A stretch of 64,000 nt of DNA from Eubacteriales bacterium (GCA_030526295.1 JAUNDA010000003.1:167-64166); one strand, 5' to 3'; positions 52,526-61,584 are shown, counted from the stretch's first letter. The notes: a model not told the origin generated them from the letters alone. Numbers and translations: made by a program.

Positions 52526-54556
52526 CTACCTTTCAGCACTTACGATGTTGAAATATGCATTTGAGGTAACCCTGTACACAAATACATAAAGCACAGCAAA
52601 GATCACAAAGCTTATAACACTCGTTCCAACGAAAAGCTTAACGTTATGTAAACCAAACAGTGCAAGCATCTGCTTTATTACCGGGAAGGCGAAGCAGACG
52701 TGAATTCCTGCCATTAAAAGTGGAAGTGCAAATACCGTAAGTATCTGTGAGTTAATACTCTGTCTTATTTCCCTTCCAGTCATTCCGACCTTCTGCATTA
52801 TCTCAAAGCGTGACTGGTCCTCATAGCCTTCAGAAACCTGCTTATAGTAAATGATAAGCGTTGCAGCGAGGATAAATACGATGCTTAGGATTATTCCAAG
52901 GTAGAAAAGACCACCGAAGGTTACAAGGAACTCACCCCTGAAATATTCCCTTGAGGTAATGCTTTCACTTGCAAATCCAAGTCCTGCGTCGTAGTAGACC
53001 TTCTTGTAATCGTTAAAGAATGCTATCTGCTCCTCAGGCGTTATGTCGAGGTCAAAGCCTGTAGAGATGTTATACTGAAGCTCATTGCTTCCGCCTTCAT
53101 TTGTGAGTACCTCAAGTCCCTTAAGTGATGTATCAAGAGAATTAACAAAGACATAGACACTGTCAACAACATCCTTTGAGTCTGAAAATCCCATGTAATC
53201 CTCACTGAGATTTTCCTTAACCTTATACGACTTTACATTTGCCACATTGAGCATTTCCATCTCATAGCCCCTGTTGTCGGCAAACAAAAGAACCTCATCG
53301 TCACTCAGGGTGAAGCCCTTACCCGAAGCCCTGTTAAGGTCACCAACTGGCATAAAGTGGACCATTACGATGTTTGAGCCGTCTAGCATCAGTCTGCTGT
53401 TTGTGTCAGACTGATTCGTTTCGAAAACACCATCCGCAAAAAAGCCCGCAATCGAAGCCGATCTGTTCATCTCCTTCTGCTTTATCCTAACGCCCCTCGA
53501 CGCGGCAAAGTTCTCATTAAATACGGCAAGAGTGTTTAGCTTTTCATCCGATACTCCCTCTGGTCCCTCTGCATAAAGGGTGAGATTGATGCTGCTTGGG
53601 TAGTGACCCTTAAGTGCATCATCCAGGCCAAAGTAAAGGCATGACGATGACGAGATCATTACAAGAACCATTGTCGAAAGGATGCATATCGATGCAAGAC
53701 CGGCACCATTACGCTTCATGCGGTATGCCATTGATGACACCGATATGAAGTGGTTCTTTTTGTAATAATAGTTTTTGTTTTTCTGCAATATCCTGCAAAA
53801 AAGAACGCTTCCCGAAATCATGAGAAGGTATGTTCCGATTATCACAAGAATTACAGCAAAAAAGAAATTCACAAGTGCAGCAACTGGATTTTCGATTGTA
53901 ACCGCAATAAAGTATGCCCATCCGAGAATCACGGCACCCGCAAGCCCAGGAATCCAGTTTGCCTTAGGAGGCTTCTCACCGGCCTTTTCACTTCCAAGAA
54001 GCGAAAGCGTTGTCTGTGAATAAATCTGCCTTATGTTATTAAGGTAAAGCAGTATGAAAATCGCAATGAACACTAAAATCGTCTGGCCCACTGCCTGAAT
54101 TGAAAGCTTAAACGTAAAATCAACCGGCTGCTCCAGGATATAGATCATCCCAAGCTCAGCAAGCTTTGAAAATACCGTTCCTACAACAAGTCCCGATACA
54201 ATCGAGATAACAGCCACGATGAGGCTCTCATAAAAAAGCACCCTGCAGACATGCTTTTTACCCATTCCGAGAATGTTGTAAAGACCGAACTCCTGCTTAC
54301 GTCTCCTTATAAGAAACGAGTTTGTGTAAAAAAGAAAAAGGCATGAGAATACAGCTATTATCCAGCCTCCAAGAAACAGGCAAAGCTGTGCATTTCCTCC
54401 AAACGGAACTGCTGAAATCATCGGATCAAGCTGCAGGAAAAGAATGATGTAATACATCATTACCATGCCAATGCAGGTGAGGATATATGGAAGGTAGAGC
54501 CTTTTGTTTTTACGGATTCCATCACCTGCGAGACTAAAATAAAGTCCGCGTTTCAT
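52526..54556 (-). CDS. BceB-type ABC transporter permease (FtsX-domain, 10 TM, large extracellular domain)
   Basis: 676 aa with 4 TM segments, an FtsX-like region, a ~210-aa soluble insert and more TM segments. It overlaps the ATPase gene by 4 nt. Confidence 0.85.
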   Translation of the reverse strand: MKRGLYFSLAGDGIRKNKRLYLPYILTCIGMVMMYYIILFLQLDPMISAVPFGGNAQLCLFLGGWIIAVFSCLFLFYTNSFLIRRRKQEFGLYNILGMGKKHVCRVLFYESLIVAVISIVSGLVVGTVFSKLAELGMIYILEQPVDFTFKLSIQAVGQTILVFIAIFILLYLNNIRQIYSQTTLSLLGSEKAGEKPPKANWIPGLAGAVILGWAYFIAVTIENPVAALVNFFFAVILVIIGTYLLMISGSVLFCRILQKNKNYYYKKNHFISVSSMAYRMKRNGAGLASICILSTMVLVMISSSSCLYFGLDDALKGHYPSSINLTLYAEGPEGVSDEKLNTLAVFNENFAASRGVRIKQKEMNRSASIAGFFADGVFETNQSDTNSRLMLDGSNIVMVHFMPVGDLNRASGKGFTLSDDEVLLFADNRGYEMEMLNVANVKSYKVKENLSEDYMGFSDSKDVVDSVYVFVNSLDTSLKGLEVLTNEGGSNELQYNISTGFDLDITPEEQIAFFNDYKKVYYDAGLGFASESITSREYFRGEFLVTFGGLFYLGIILSIVFILAATLIIYYKQVSEGYEDQSRFEIMQKVGMTGREIRQSINSQILTVFALPLLMAGIHVCFAFPVIKQMLALFGLHNVKLFVGTSVISFVIFAVLYVFVYRVTSNAYFNIVSAER

Positions 54557-55317
54557 TGTCTGTCACCTCCCGTGGCAAGGAGTGTGAGTGTATCGGAAAT
54601 CTTCTGGTAAAGCTCGGTATTAGTATCCGTTCCCCTGTAAATCTGGTGGAATACAGCGCCGTCCTTTATGAAAAGAATCCTGTTAGCCATGCTGGCTGCC
54701 TTTACGGAATGTGTAACCATTAGGATTGTCTGTCCCTGTGCGTTCACCTTCCCGAAAAGATTTAAAAGCTCATCAGAGGACTTAGAGTCAAGTGCTCCAG
54801 TCGGCTCATCGGCCAGTATCATCTTCGGGTTAACTATCATTGCCCTTGCAACAGCAGCACGCTGCTTTTGTCCGCCGCTTACCTCGTAGGGGTACTTCTT
54901 AAGAAGCTCCATAATGCCAAGCCTCTGAGCTATCGGCAGGAGTCTGTCCGTCATCTCCTCATGCTTCATTCCCATAAGCACGAGAGGCAGGTAAATATTG
55001 TCCTCAATTGTAAATGTGTCAAGGAGATTAAACTCCTGGAAGACAAAGCCCATGTGGCTTCTCCTAAACTGTGCAAGCTCTGCGTCCTTAATCTCAGAAA
55101 TCTCTTTTCCGTCAAGCCTTACAGATCCTGCCGTCGGGCTGTCAAGGGCCGCTATCATGTTTAGAAGTGTTGTCTTTCCTGAACCCGACTCTCCCATGAT
55201 GGCTACATACTCGCCCTCCTCGACTGAAAAGTTGACATCGCTAAGGGCCTCAACCTGATTACCGCCAAAACGCGTAACATATACTTTTTTTAAATGACTG
55301 ACTTCAAGAATGCTCAT
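54553..55317 (-). CDS. BceA-type ABC transporter ATP-binding protein
   Basis: 254 aa with Walker A (GESGSGKTT), signature (VSGGQKQR) and Walker B (ILADEPTGALD). Confidence 0.9.
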   Translation of the reverse strand: MSILEVSHLKKVYVTRFGGNQVEALSDVNFSVEEGEYVAIMGESGSGKTTLLNMIAALDSPTAGSVRLDGKEISEIKDAELAQFRRSHMGFVFQEFNLLDTFTIEDNIYLPLVLMGMKHEEMTDRLLPIAQRLGIMELLKKYPYEVSGGQKQRAAVARAMIVNPKMILADEPTGALDSKSSDELLNLFGKVNAQGQTILMVTHSVKAASMANRILFIKDGAVFHQIYRGTDTNTELYQKISDTLTLLATGGDRQ

Positions 55318-55420
55318 CTGTCATATCCTCCAAATTAGTTAAAAATCAACGTTGTGCCCTTATTATAAAAGAGAGGAAAATGAAGCTCCATCGAATCACC
55401 TTACATTTCCTCTCTCCATC

Positions 55421-55434
55421 TTACATTTTTGTCA
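55421..55434 (-). promoter_or_regulatory. BceR-type response-regulator box upstream of the ABC genes
   Basis: The minus strand reads TGACA-AAAA-TGTAA. This matches the TNACA-N4-TGTAA repeat I recall being described for Bce-like regulators. It lies about 55 nt upstream of a TATAAT (55367-55362) that has a poor -35. Confidence 0.5.
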
Positions 55435-55552
55435 CATCCATTTTCAAAGTGTTTTTTAATCCCCTCATTCCTGTATGGATGTTTTTCGGGTAATGAGTGA
55501 ATGTCTGCCTGCTGCTTTACTTCGTGCCGTTCATTTTGCTGTCTGCCAGTAT

Positions 55553-56554
55553 TTAGTCCCTCACGTCGGGGCGGTGCTGCGAAATGTCAAGGATTACCCT
55601 TGTGCCGGCACCTGGCTCCGACTCTATTACTATACCTGTTCCAAGATCGTCGCATATCCTTTTACATAGATAAAGCCCTATTCCGCTTGCCTTTTTATCT
55701 TTTCTTCCGTTAAAGCCTGTATAGCCCTTTTCAAAAACACGCGGGAGGTCAGCGGGCTCGATGCCGATTCCCGTATCGGAAATCATGATTTTTCCATCTT
55801 TACACTCGATTGTGACGCTTCCCTTTGCAGTATACTTAACTGCATTCGAGATAATCTGCTCCAGTACAATTGAAAACCATTTGTCATCCGTAATGATGTG
55901 TTCATCCGTACCAGTGTAATTAAGGCTTATCCTTTTTGCGATAAAATCAGGTGCAAATTTCCTTATTACAGGCTTTATGATGGAATCAAGCGAATGGTCC
56001 CTGAGCACGTAGTCGGTCGATTCAAAATCAAGCCTTAAATACGTGAGCACCATGCTCACATATGCTTCGATTCTGTTTAAATCGGCCTGGAGGCGCATTG
56101 CCTCCTCTCCATCCATCTGGGAAAGCATAAGCTTCATTGAGGCAATCGGGGTCTTTATCTGGTGAACCCATAGCGTAAAGTAATCAAGCGTTCCGCTGTA
56201 CCTTTCCTCTGCCAGGAGTTTCTCCCTGTCCTTTTCCCTTTTTACCGTTTCAATGATGCTCTGGTAGATTTCCTCTGATGAAAAATCAGGATTTGGCAGC
56301 CTTAGCTCGAGGCTTCCGATTTCCTTTTCCACTCTCCTCAGTGTCTCAAGCTTTTGCCTTTCCTTAAAAAAGCCTGTAAAGAGTGCGATGAGCCCAAGGA
56401 ACACACATATGCCTACAGGATAAAGAATCGCATTAAGCGGCAGACGGTAGAAAAACCATACGCATGAAAAGACAACGAAAAAGAGAAACGCCAGAAGTAT
56501 GACGTTTCTTTTTTCTCTAATATAGCTTATGAATTCATTAAAACTGTCCTTCAT
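55553..56554 (-). CDS. BceS-type intramembrane-sensing histidine kinase
   Basis: 333 aa. Two N-terminal TM segments are joined by a ~6-aa linker. The H-box is VHQIKTPIASM and the HATPase blocks are SNAVKYT, DTGIGI and GIGLYLC. Confidence 0.85.
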   Translation of the reverse strand: MKDSFNEFISYIREKRNVILLAFLFFVVFSCVWFFYRLPLNAILYPVGICVFLGLIALFTGFFKERQKLETLRRVEKEIGSLELRLPNPDFSSEEIYQSIIETVKREKDREKLLAEERYSGTLDYFTLWVHQIKTPIASMKLMLSQMDGEEAMRLQADLNRIEAYVSMVLTYLRLDFESTDYVLRDHSLDSIIKPVIRKFAPDFIAKRISLNYTGTDEHIITDDKWFSIVLEQIISNAVKYTAKGSVTIECKDGKIMISDTGIGIEPADLPRVFEKGYTGFNGRKDKKASGIGLYLCKRICDDLGTGIVIESEPGAGTRVILDISQHRPDVRD

Positions 56555-56674
56555 TTTTCATCGCAGGCTCTTTACCTTATGTAAACCTTTTTTTCGTCGA
56601 ATCGGAATGCATAGTTTCGTTGCGGTCACCCTGTCACATTGTCCGGGTGCCATCATGCCGTCATACTACCAAAC

Positions 56675-57346
56675 TCACGCGATAATGTATCCGCTTCCAA
56701 CCTTAGTCGTGATAAAATCATTTATCCCGCACTGCTCGAGCTTCTTACGGAGCCTGTTGATGTTTACGGTAAGCGTATTGTCATCAACATATGAATCCGT
56801 TTCCCAGAGGCTTTGCATGAGCCTGTCACGGCTAACGACCTTACACTTATTTTGCATGAGGCAGTAAAGGATTCTGTACTCATTCTTTGTAAGATCCACC
56901 TTTTCGTTATTAAACCTAAGTACCTGCTCTCCGGTCTCAAGCACGACTCCCTTATATTCCATCATCTCGGGAGCCATCGAGAAGTCATAGCTTCTTCTAA
57001 GCATTGCCTGGATTTTAGCCATGAGGACATTTACGTCAAATGGCTTTGCGATAAAATCATCAGCGCCCATGTTCATCGCCATGACGATGTTCATGTTGTC
57101 GGAGGCTGATGAAATGAAAATAACGGGCACCCTTGAAACCCTTCTTATTTCACTGCACCAGTGGTACCCGTTAAAGAACGGAAGCGCAATGTCAAGCAGA
57201 ACAAGATGCGGACTCATCCTTTCAAATTCACCCATTACATCACGAAAATCAGTAACGGCAGCACATTCCATGCCCCAGGATGAGGCCACCCTGCTTATAC
57301 CGTCTGCTATTCCATTGTCATCCTCAACTATTAAAATACGATACAT
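56675..57346 (-). CDS. OmpR-family response regulator (BceR-like)
   Basis: 223 aa with a REC domain (ILIVEDD ... LLDIALPFFNG) and a winged-helix output domain (LTKNEYRILYCL ... TVNINRLRKKL). Confidence 0.9.
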   Translation of the reverse strand: MYRILIVEDDNGIADGISRVASSWGMECAAVTDFRDVMGEFERMSPHLVLLDIALPFFNGYHWCSEIRRVSRVPVIFISSASDNMNIVMAMNMGADDFIAKPFDVNVLMAKIQAMLRRSYDFSMAPEMMEYKGVVLETGEQVLRFNNEKVDLTKNEYRILYCLMQNKCKVVSRDRLMQSLWETDSYVDDNTLTVNINRLRKKLEQCGINDFITTKVGSGYIIA

Positions 57347-57350
57347 TTAT

Positions 57351-58523
57351 TTACCTGAAAAATGATAAATCATAACCAAATTCATTATAGAGGTTAATTA
57401 CCAGCTCGCTAAGCGGCGGAATCTGAACCTCACATGCCGGGAACATGAGCATAAGCGTAAGTGCCCTGACGCATGAGTAAAGAAGACATACTCCCTCAGC
57501 CTTCTTTCTTTCCTCGTCTGAAAGATAGTCAAAGTATGTTGCAATGAGAACGTCCCATGAATTAAATACCTCAGTCCTTGAAAGGCCGATGAAGCCAACT
57601 GTATCATTCTCACCCGGGAATGCGTTAAGCATTGTCCTTACAGCACCAAGTCCCATTATGTCAAAAATCGGATGGCCGTATGAAGCCTCTCCCATGTCAA
57701 TGAGAATCGGCTCGCCGTCACAAAGCATTATGTTCTTCGGATGGAAGTCTCCATGGATGAAGGTATGCGCATCCGGTACGTTTCCAATGATTATCTTAAG
57801 GATTTCCTGTACCTTGGGATCAAGCATTGTAAGTGTTGCCACTGTATTTACATACTTCTCCTTCATGCTCGGGAACAGCTTCGGATCTACCTCAACATGG
57901 TTCATTTCTCTCATGAAAAGAGCATACTTCCTAACAGCCTCAGTAAGGTCAGTCTCCTTGTCGTGGATCATCTCGGCATATGTTCTTCCGCTAAGCTTTT
58001 CATATACAGTTCCAAGACTGTCGCCGCATTTAACAACCTCGTACGGAATAGCTGTTGTGATTCCGCTTACAAAGGCAGCCTTTGAAATCTTAATCTCGTT
58101 TTTGATTCCCTGCTCGCCTATCATCGGGAAGAAAATCTTAAGTACCCTGTCATCCCCGAGTCTGTAAACGATTCCCGTTGCACCGTGTCCGATTTCCTCA
58201 AGACCCTCAACTGAAACCTCCCTGAGCTTCTTTTCAATCTCAAGCATCTGTGTAAAGCCCGTCATTTCAAGAATCTCATAAACCTCGGGCCCAACTCCCT
58301 TAAGGCTTGTAGCCGGGAATTCCTTCCTGATTGCAAGAATTGCACGGAGTCCGGCACTTGATACATATTTTGTGTCGTTAAGGTTAATGATGATTGTTCC
58401 GGGATTTGTTTCCTCAGCAATGGCAAAAGCCTTGTTTTTTACCTCATCGGCATTCTGTGTGTCCACTGTTTCGGGGAAGAATACCTCAAGTTCCTTTTCC
58501 TTCATTTCATAATTCATAATCAT
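57351..58523 (-). CDS. STAS (anti-sigma antagonist-like) domain fused to an aminoglycoside/choline-kinase-like phosphotransferase domain
   Basis: 390 aa. The STAS-like region is NLNDTKYVSSAGLRAIL ... GVGPEVYEILEMTGF. The kinase-like region is GHGATGIVYRL ... LKIF, HGDFHPKNIML and LIDMGEA. Confidence 0.75.
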   Translation of the reverse strand: MIMNYEMKEKELEVFFPETVDTQNADEVKNKAFAIAEETNPGTIIINLNDTKYVSSAGLRAILAIRKEFPATSLKGVGPEVYEILEMTGFTQMLEIEKKLREVSVEGLEEIGHGATGIVYRLGDDRVLKIFFPMIGEQGIKNEIKISKAAFVSGITTAIPYEVVKCGDSLGTVYEKLSGRTYAEMIHDKETDLTEAVRKYALFMREMNHVEVDPKLFPSMKEKYVNTVATLTMLDPKVQEILKIIIGNVPDAHTFIHGDFHPKNIMLCDGEPILIDMGEASYGHPIFDIMGLGAVRTMLNAFPGENDTVGFIGLSRTEVFNSWDVLIATYFDYLSDEERKKAEGVCLLYSCVRALTLMLMFPACEVQIPPLSELVINLYNEFGYDLSFFR

Positions 58524-60283
58524 TGCCGCTCCTCCATTTCAATAATCAAACTGTTTAGTCCCATTACATTTATATATTTTATATCGCTTGCGATATTAAA
58601 TACAAGATAAAGTCCGATATATCTTCCGTCTGATTCCTCGGTAACACCTGCGTGAGGCTCCTTCATGTATTCACACGGATCGAATACGCTTCCGTCGTCA
58701 CGGCACTCAAGTCTGAGCCTTTCGCCTGAAATGAGGAACCTTACCTCCATCTCACTGCTTTTCTTTTCCCTGCCGAACCGAATATAATTCATTCCTATCT
58801 CTTCAACACAAAGGGCCATCTTCATGCTGTTTCTGCCTCCAGGGAAGGTCTTTTTGTAAATATCAAAAATCTCCCTTGAAGCCGATACCGCGTCTGCCTC
58901 ACTTCTAATATGGAATACATATGGCTCGTTGTCGCTATCCTCCAATGCCCCGAGAACCAGTGCCTTGTGAAGTCTCATTACCCTCTTATTCTTAATGATG
59001 CAGATAAGAAGGATTATTCCAAATGTAACCACCTCGGCTATTACAAGGGAACTCCATAAAAGAACAGGATTGCCGTTAAACATATATAACACGCCAAGAA
59101 GAAGTGCAACCGGTATTACAACCATCTGTAAAACGCACAAACCCTGTGAAAGTGCCATTTTTCCGATTCCCTGGTAAAAGCTTCGAAGCGAAGAATTTAC
59201 CGAGAAAAGAACTGTACCGAGTATGTATATGCGTAGGCACGTGACAGACGCCTCAAGAATTTCCACATTACCCTTAAGGAATGCCTTACACAAAACGCCC
59301 GCTGAGAGCTCAACCACAACTATTATTGCAAGGTTAATAATAAGTGAATACCTGAATACTGCCCTGAGGATTTCCTCAATTGAAGCCCTGTTACGCTCTC
59401 CCCATATGACGCCTGTTATAAGAAGCGTCGCTGCCGCTATTCCAAGTCCTGCCGACTGGAATATTATGTAAACATTCTTTGATATTGTAAATGCCGCAAG
59501 AAGTTCATCTCCACCGGCACTTATTACAACCCTGTTTGCAAATACGGAGAAGAATACCCTGCATATCTGGTTAAGTGCAAATGCAGAGCCTGCAACTAAA
59601 AGTGCCTTTACCAGGGTAGCATTAAAGCCCTTAACCGCAAAGCTTACCCTGTCCTTAATTCCCGGGAAGAAGGCGATAAGGTACAAAAAGGCTGCCACAT
59701 AGCTTACGCTTGAGGCAAGGCTCATTCCAAACGAACCACCATGAAAAACAAATACATTTGCTATGTCACCGATGATATCCGTTATCGACATGATAAGCGT
59801 TGCCATCAGGACAACCGACTGCTTACCGAGTATGAGATAAAACGGATTTATGATCATAAATGCGATAAACGCGGGACAACCAAGCGCAAAGCCGATAAGG
59901 TACTGCCTTGTATGTACTTCAACAAGGCTTCCGGGCTCTGCCCCGAGGAATGAAACCAGGGGATTAAGAAAGGCTAATGTACCAACGAGGCTTAGTAATG
60001 AAAGAATGATGCACAAAATGACCGAGGTACTGAAGGCCTGGTTAAGTTCGTCACGGTCACCGCTTCCAACGGCATGGCCGATAACCACCTGCACGCCTGC
60101 CGCTACAGTTCCTCCGACAGCGGAAAAAAGCGTCACAACGGAAAGTGAAAGTCCGAACGCCGCAATCGCCTCAGGCCCGAGATTTTTACCTATCATTGCA
60201 CCGTCAATAAAGGTACAAATCGTAACAGACAGTGAAACCAGAATCTGGCCTATGATCATTTTTAAAAACTGTTTTCTTATCAT
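58520..60283 (-). CDS. MATE-family transporter fused to a C-terminal RsbW/SpoIIAB-like GHKL domain
   Basis: 587 aa with about 12 TM segments over ~445 aa. The soluble tail reads ALCVEEIGMNYIRFG ... RLECRDDGSVFDP ... GRYIGLYLVFNIASD (coordinates ~58523-58921). Confidence 0.75.
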   Translation of the reverse strand: MIRKQFLKMIIGQILVSLSVTICTFIDGAMIGKNLGPEAIAAFGLSLSVVTLFSAVGGTVAAGVQVVIGHAVGSGDRDELNQAFSTSVILCIILSLLSLVGTLAFLNPLVSFLGAEPGSLVEVHTRQYLIGFALGCPAFIAFMIINPFYLILGKQSVVLMATLIMSITDIIGDIANVFVFHGGSFGMSLASSVSYVAAFLYLIAFFPGIKDRVSFAVKGFNATLVKALLVAGSAFALNQICRVFFSVFANRVVISAGGDELLAAFTISKNVYIIFQSAGLGIAAATLLITGVIWGERNRASIEEILRAVFRYSLIINLAIIVVVELSAGVLCKAFLKGNVEILEASVTCLRIYILGTVLFSVNSSLRSFYQGIGKMALSQGLCVLQMVVIPVALLLGVLYMFNGNPVLLWSSLVIAEVVTFGIILLICIIKNKRVMRLHKALVLGALEDSDNEPYVFHIRSEADAVSASREIFDIYKKTFPGGRNSMKMALCVEEIGMNYIRFGREKKSSEMEVRFLISGERLRLECRDDGSVFDPCEYMKEPHAGVTEESDGRYIGLYLVFNIASDIKYINVMGLNSLIIEMEERQ

Positions 60284-60291
60284 ACCCTTAC

Positions 60292-61539
60292 TTAGCTTCT
60301 GTCTTCCTTAAACTCCATGGTTTTAAGCTCGGTGCACTCAACACCAATCTCCATAATCTTTTCACGGATTTTTTCCATGTAACAGATGTTGTCAGCCCTT
60401 GATGAAAATGTAAAGCAGAATTTTCCATTAACCGCATTTATCTCAAGCAGCGGCATGTCACCATATGAGAATGTATAAACATGATTCAGATGCTTCTCAA
60501 TGCTACCCATGTCACATTTACCGACATAGCTTATGGACGCCGTTGAAACCGGGATGTAGGTCCTTGCAGAAAGACCTCGCTTTTCTGCAAGTGTCGGCAT
60601 CATCTTAAGATAATCCAGATACTTACGGGGGGATGCAATCTGTGGAATTATGTTAACATCATCGCAGTCGAGGATAAGCCTGCCCCTTACACAGGTGTTA
60701 AGCCTCGTCCTGTCCATTGAAAATGCCCTCTTATCATAATCAAAGCACGATATTCCAAGCATCGGATTATGGTTTTCGGAAAGGCCTATGAAGTGCTTTC
60801 CGTCAATCGTAATTCCAACCCTTATCTTTTCAATATCCCTTTCAGGATGTACCTCAGCTATACTTTCCGCAAGCAAAATTGCCATATAGGTATTAGGGGA
60901 ACCGTCAGAGGTACGCACTATGTCCATTAGCTTGGCTGCGTCACAGTCAAAATAGAAAATCCTAAAATCCCTGTTGTTTTCCTCTGGAAGAAGGTAAAAG
61001 GTTCCTCTCTCGTGGGAGCCCGGAGTCACTTCACAAACAGCTGGCTCATCGAGCGGGTCGCAGTATTCCCTTTCGCTAACCTCCTGCCCGATATCAAAAC
61101 GTGTCACCATGGACACCTCCTCGCCCTTTTCCTCAAAGTAAAGCTTAAAGAGAAGCTTCATGAAGTTGTTTAGCGAGATGCCGTCTGATATTCCATGGAA
61201 AAACTGGAATGAAACCGTGTTTCCATTAACGGATAACCTGTAAAGGTATCCGTCATTATCCTTTTCATTAATAAGATAATCCACCGGGTCCTGTCTCAGG
61301 GGATTTGGTTCATCCACCCAGATGCGGTATATTTTTTCATCATTGGTTCCCATCTTTACCATGTAGTATGGGAATCTCCTGATAGCCTTAAGATATGCCT
61401 TCTCCATGATCTGGAAATCCACAGGCTCGTCAAGCTCGTAAAAAACTCCCGCACCGGAAGCATGCTTCCCGTTCATCTTGTAGATATATAAAAGGGAGCT
61501 TAATGTAAAATCGTCTTCTTTTAATATTTTCTCATTCAT
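60292..61539 (-). CDS. Condensation/acyltransferase-like protein with HxxxDG motif
   Basis: 415 aa. FQFFHGISDGISLNNF resembles the HHxxxDG catalytic motif of the NRPS C-domain / PapA5 / WS-DGAT superfamily. The size fits a stand-alone C-like domain. Confidence 0.5.
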   Translation of the reverse strand: MNEKILKEDDFTLSSLLYIYKMNGKHASGAGVFYELDEPVDFQIMEKAYLKAIRRFPYYMVKMGTNDEKIYRIWVDEPNPLRQDPVDYLINEKDNDGYLYRLSVNGNTVSFQFFHGISDGISLNNFMKLLFKLYFEEKGEEVSMVTRFDIGQEVSEREYCDPLDEPAVCEVTPGSHERGTFYLLPEENNRDFRIFYFDCDAAKLMDIVRTSDGSPNTYMAILLAESIAEVHPERDIEKIRVGITIDGKHFIGLSENHNPMLGISCFDYDKRAFSMDRTRLNTCVRGRLILDCDDVNIIPQIASPRKYLDYLKMMPTLAEKRGLSARTYIPVSTASISYVGKCDMGSIEKHLNHVYTFSYGDMPLLEINAVNGKFCFTFSSRADNICYMEKIREKIMEIGVECTELKTMEFKEDRS

Positions 61540-61547
61540 GGAAATCT

Positions 61548-61584
61548 CCTATGTTAAAACCCGTGTAAACCCTATGTTAAAACC
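61548..61584 (-). repeat. Two perfect 14-nt direct repeats in the 5' UTR, one containing the Shine-Dalgarno sequence
   Basis: CCTATGTTAAAACC occurs at 61548-61561 and 61571-61584 (minus strand GGTTTTAACATAGG). The proximal copy runs into GGAGAtttccATG. Confidence 0.6.
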
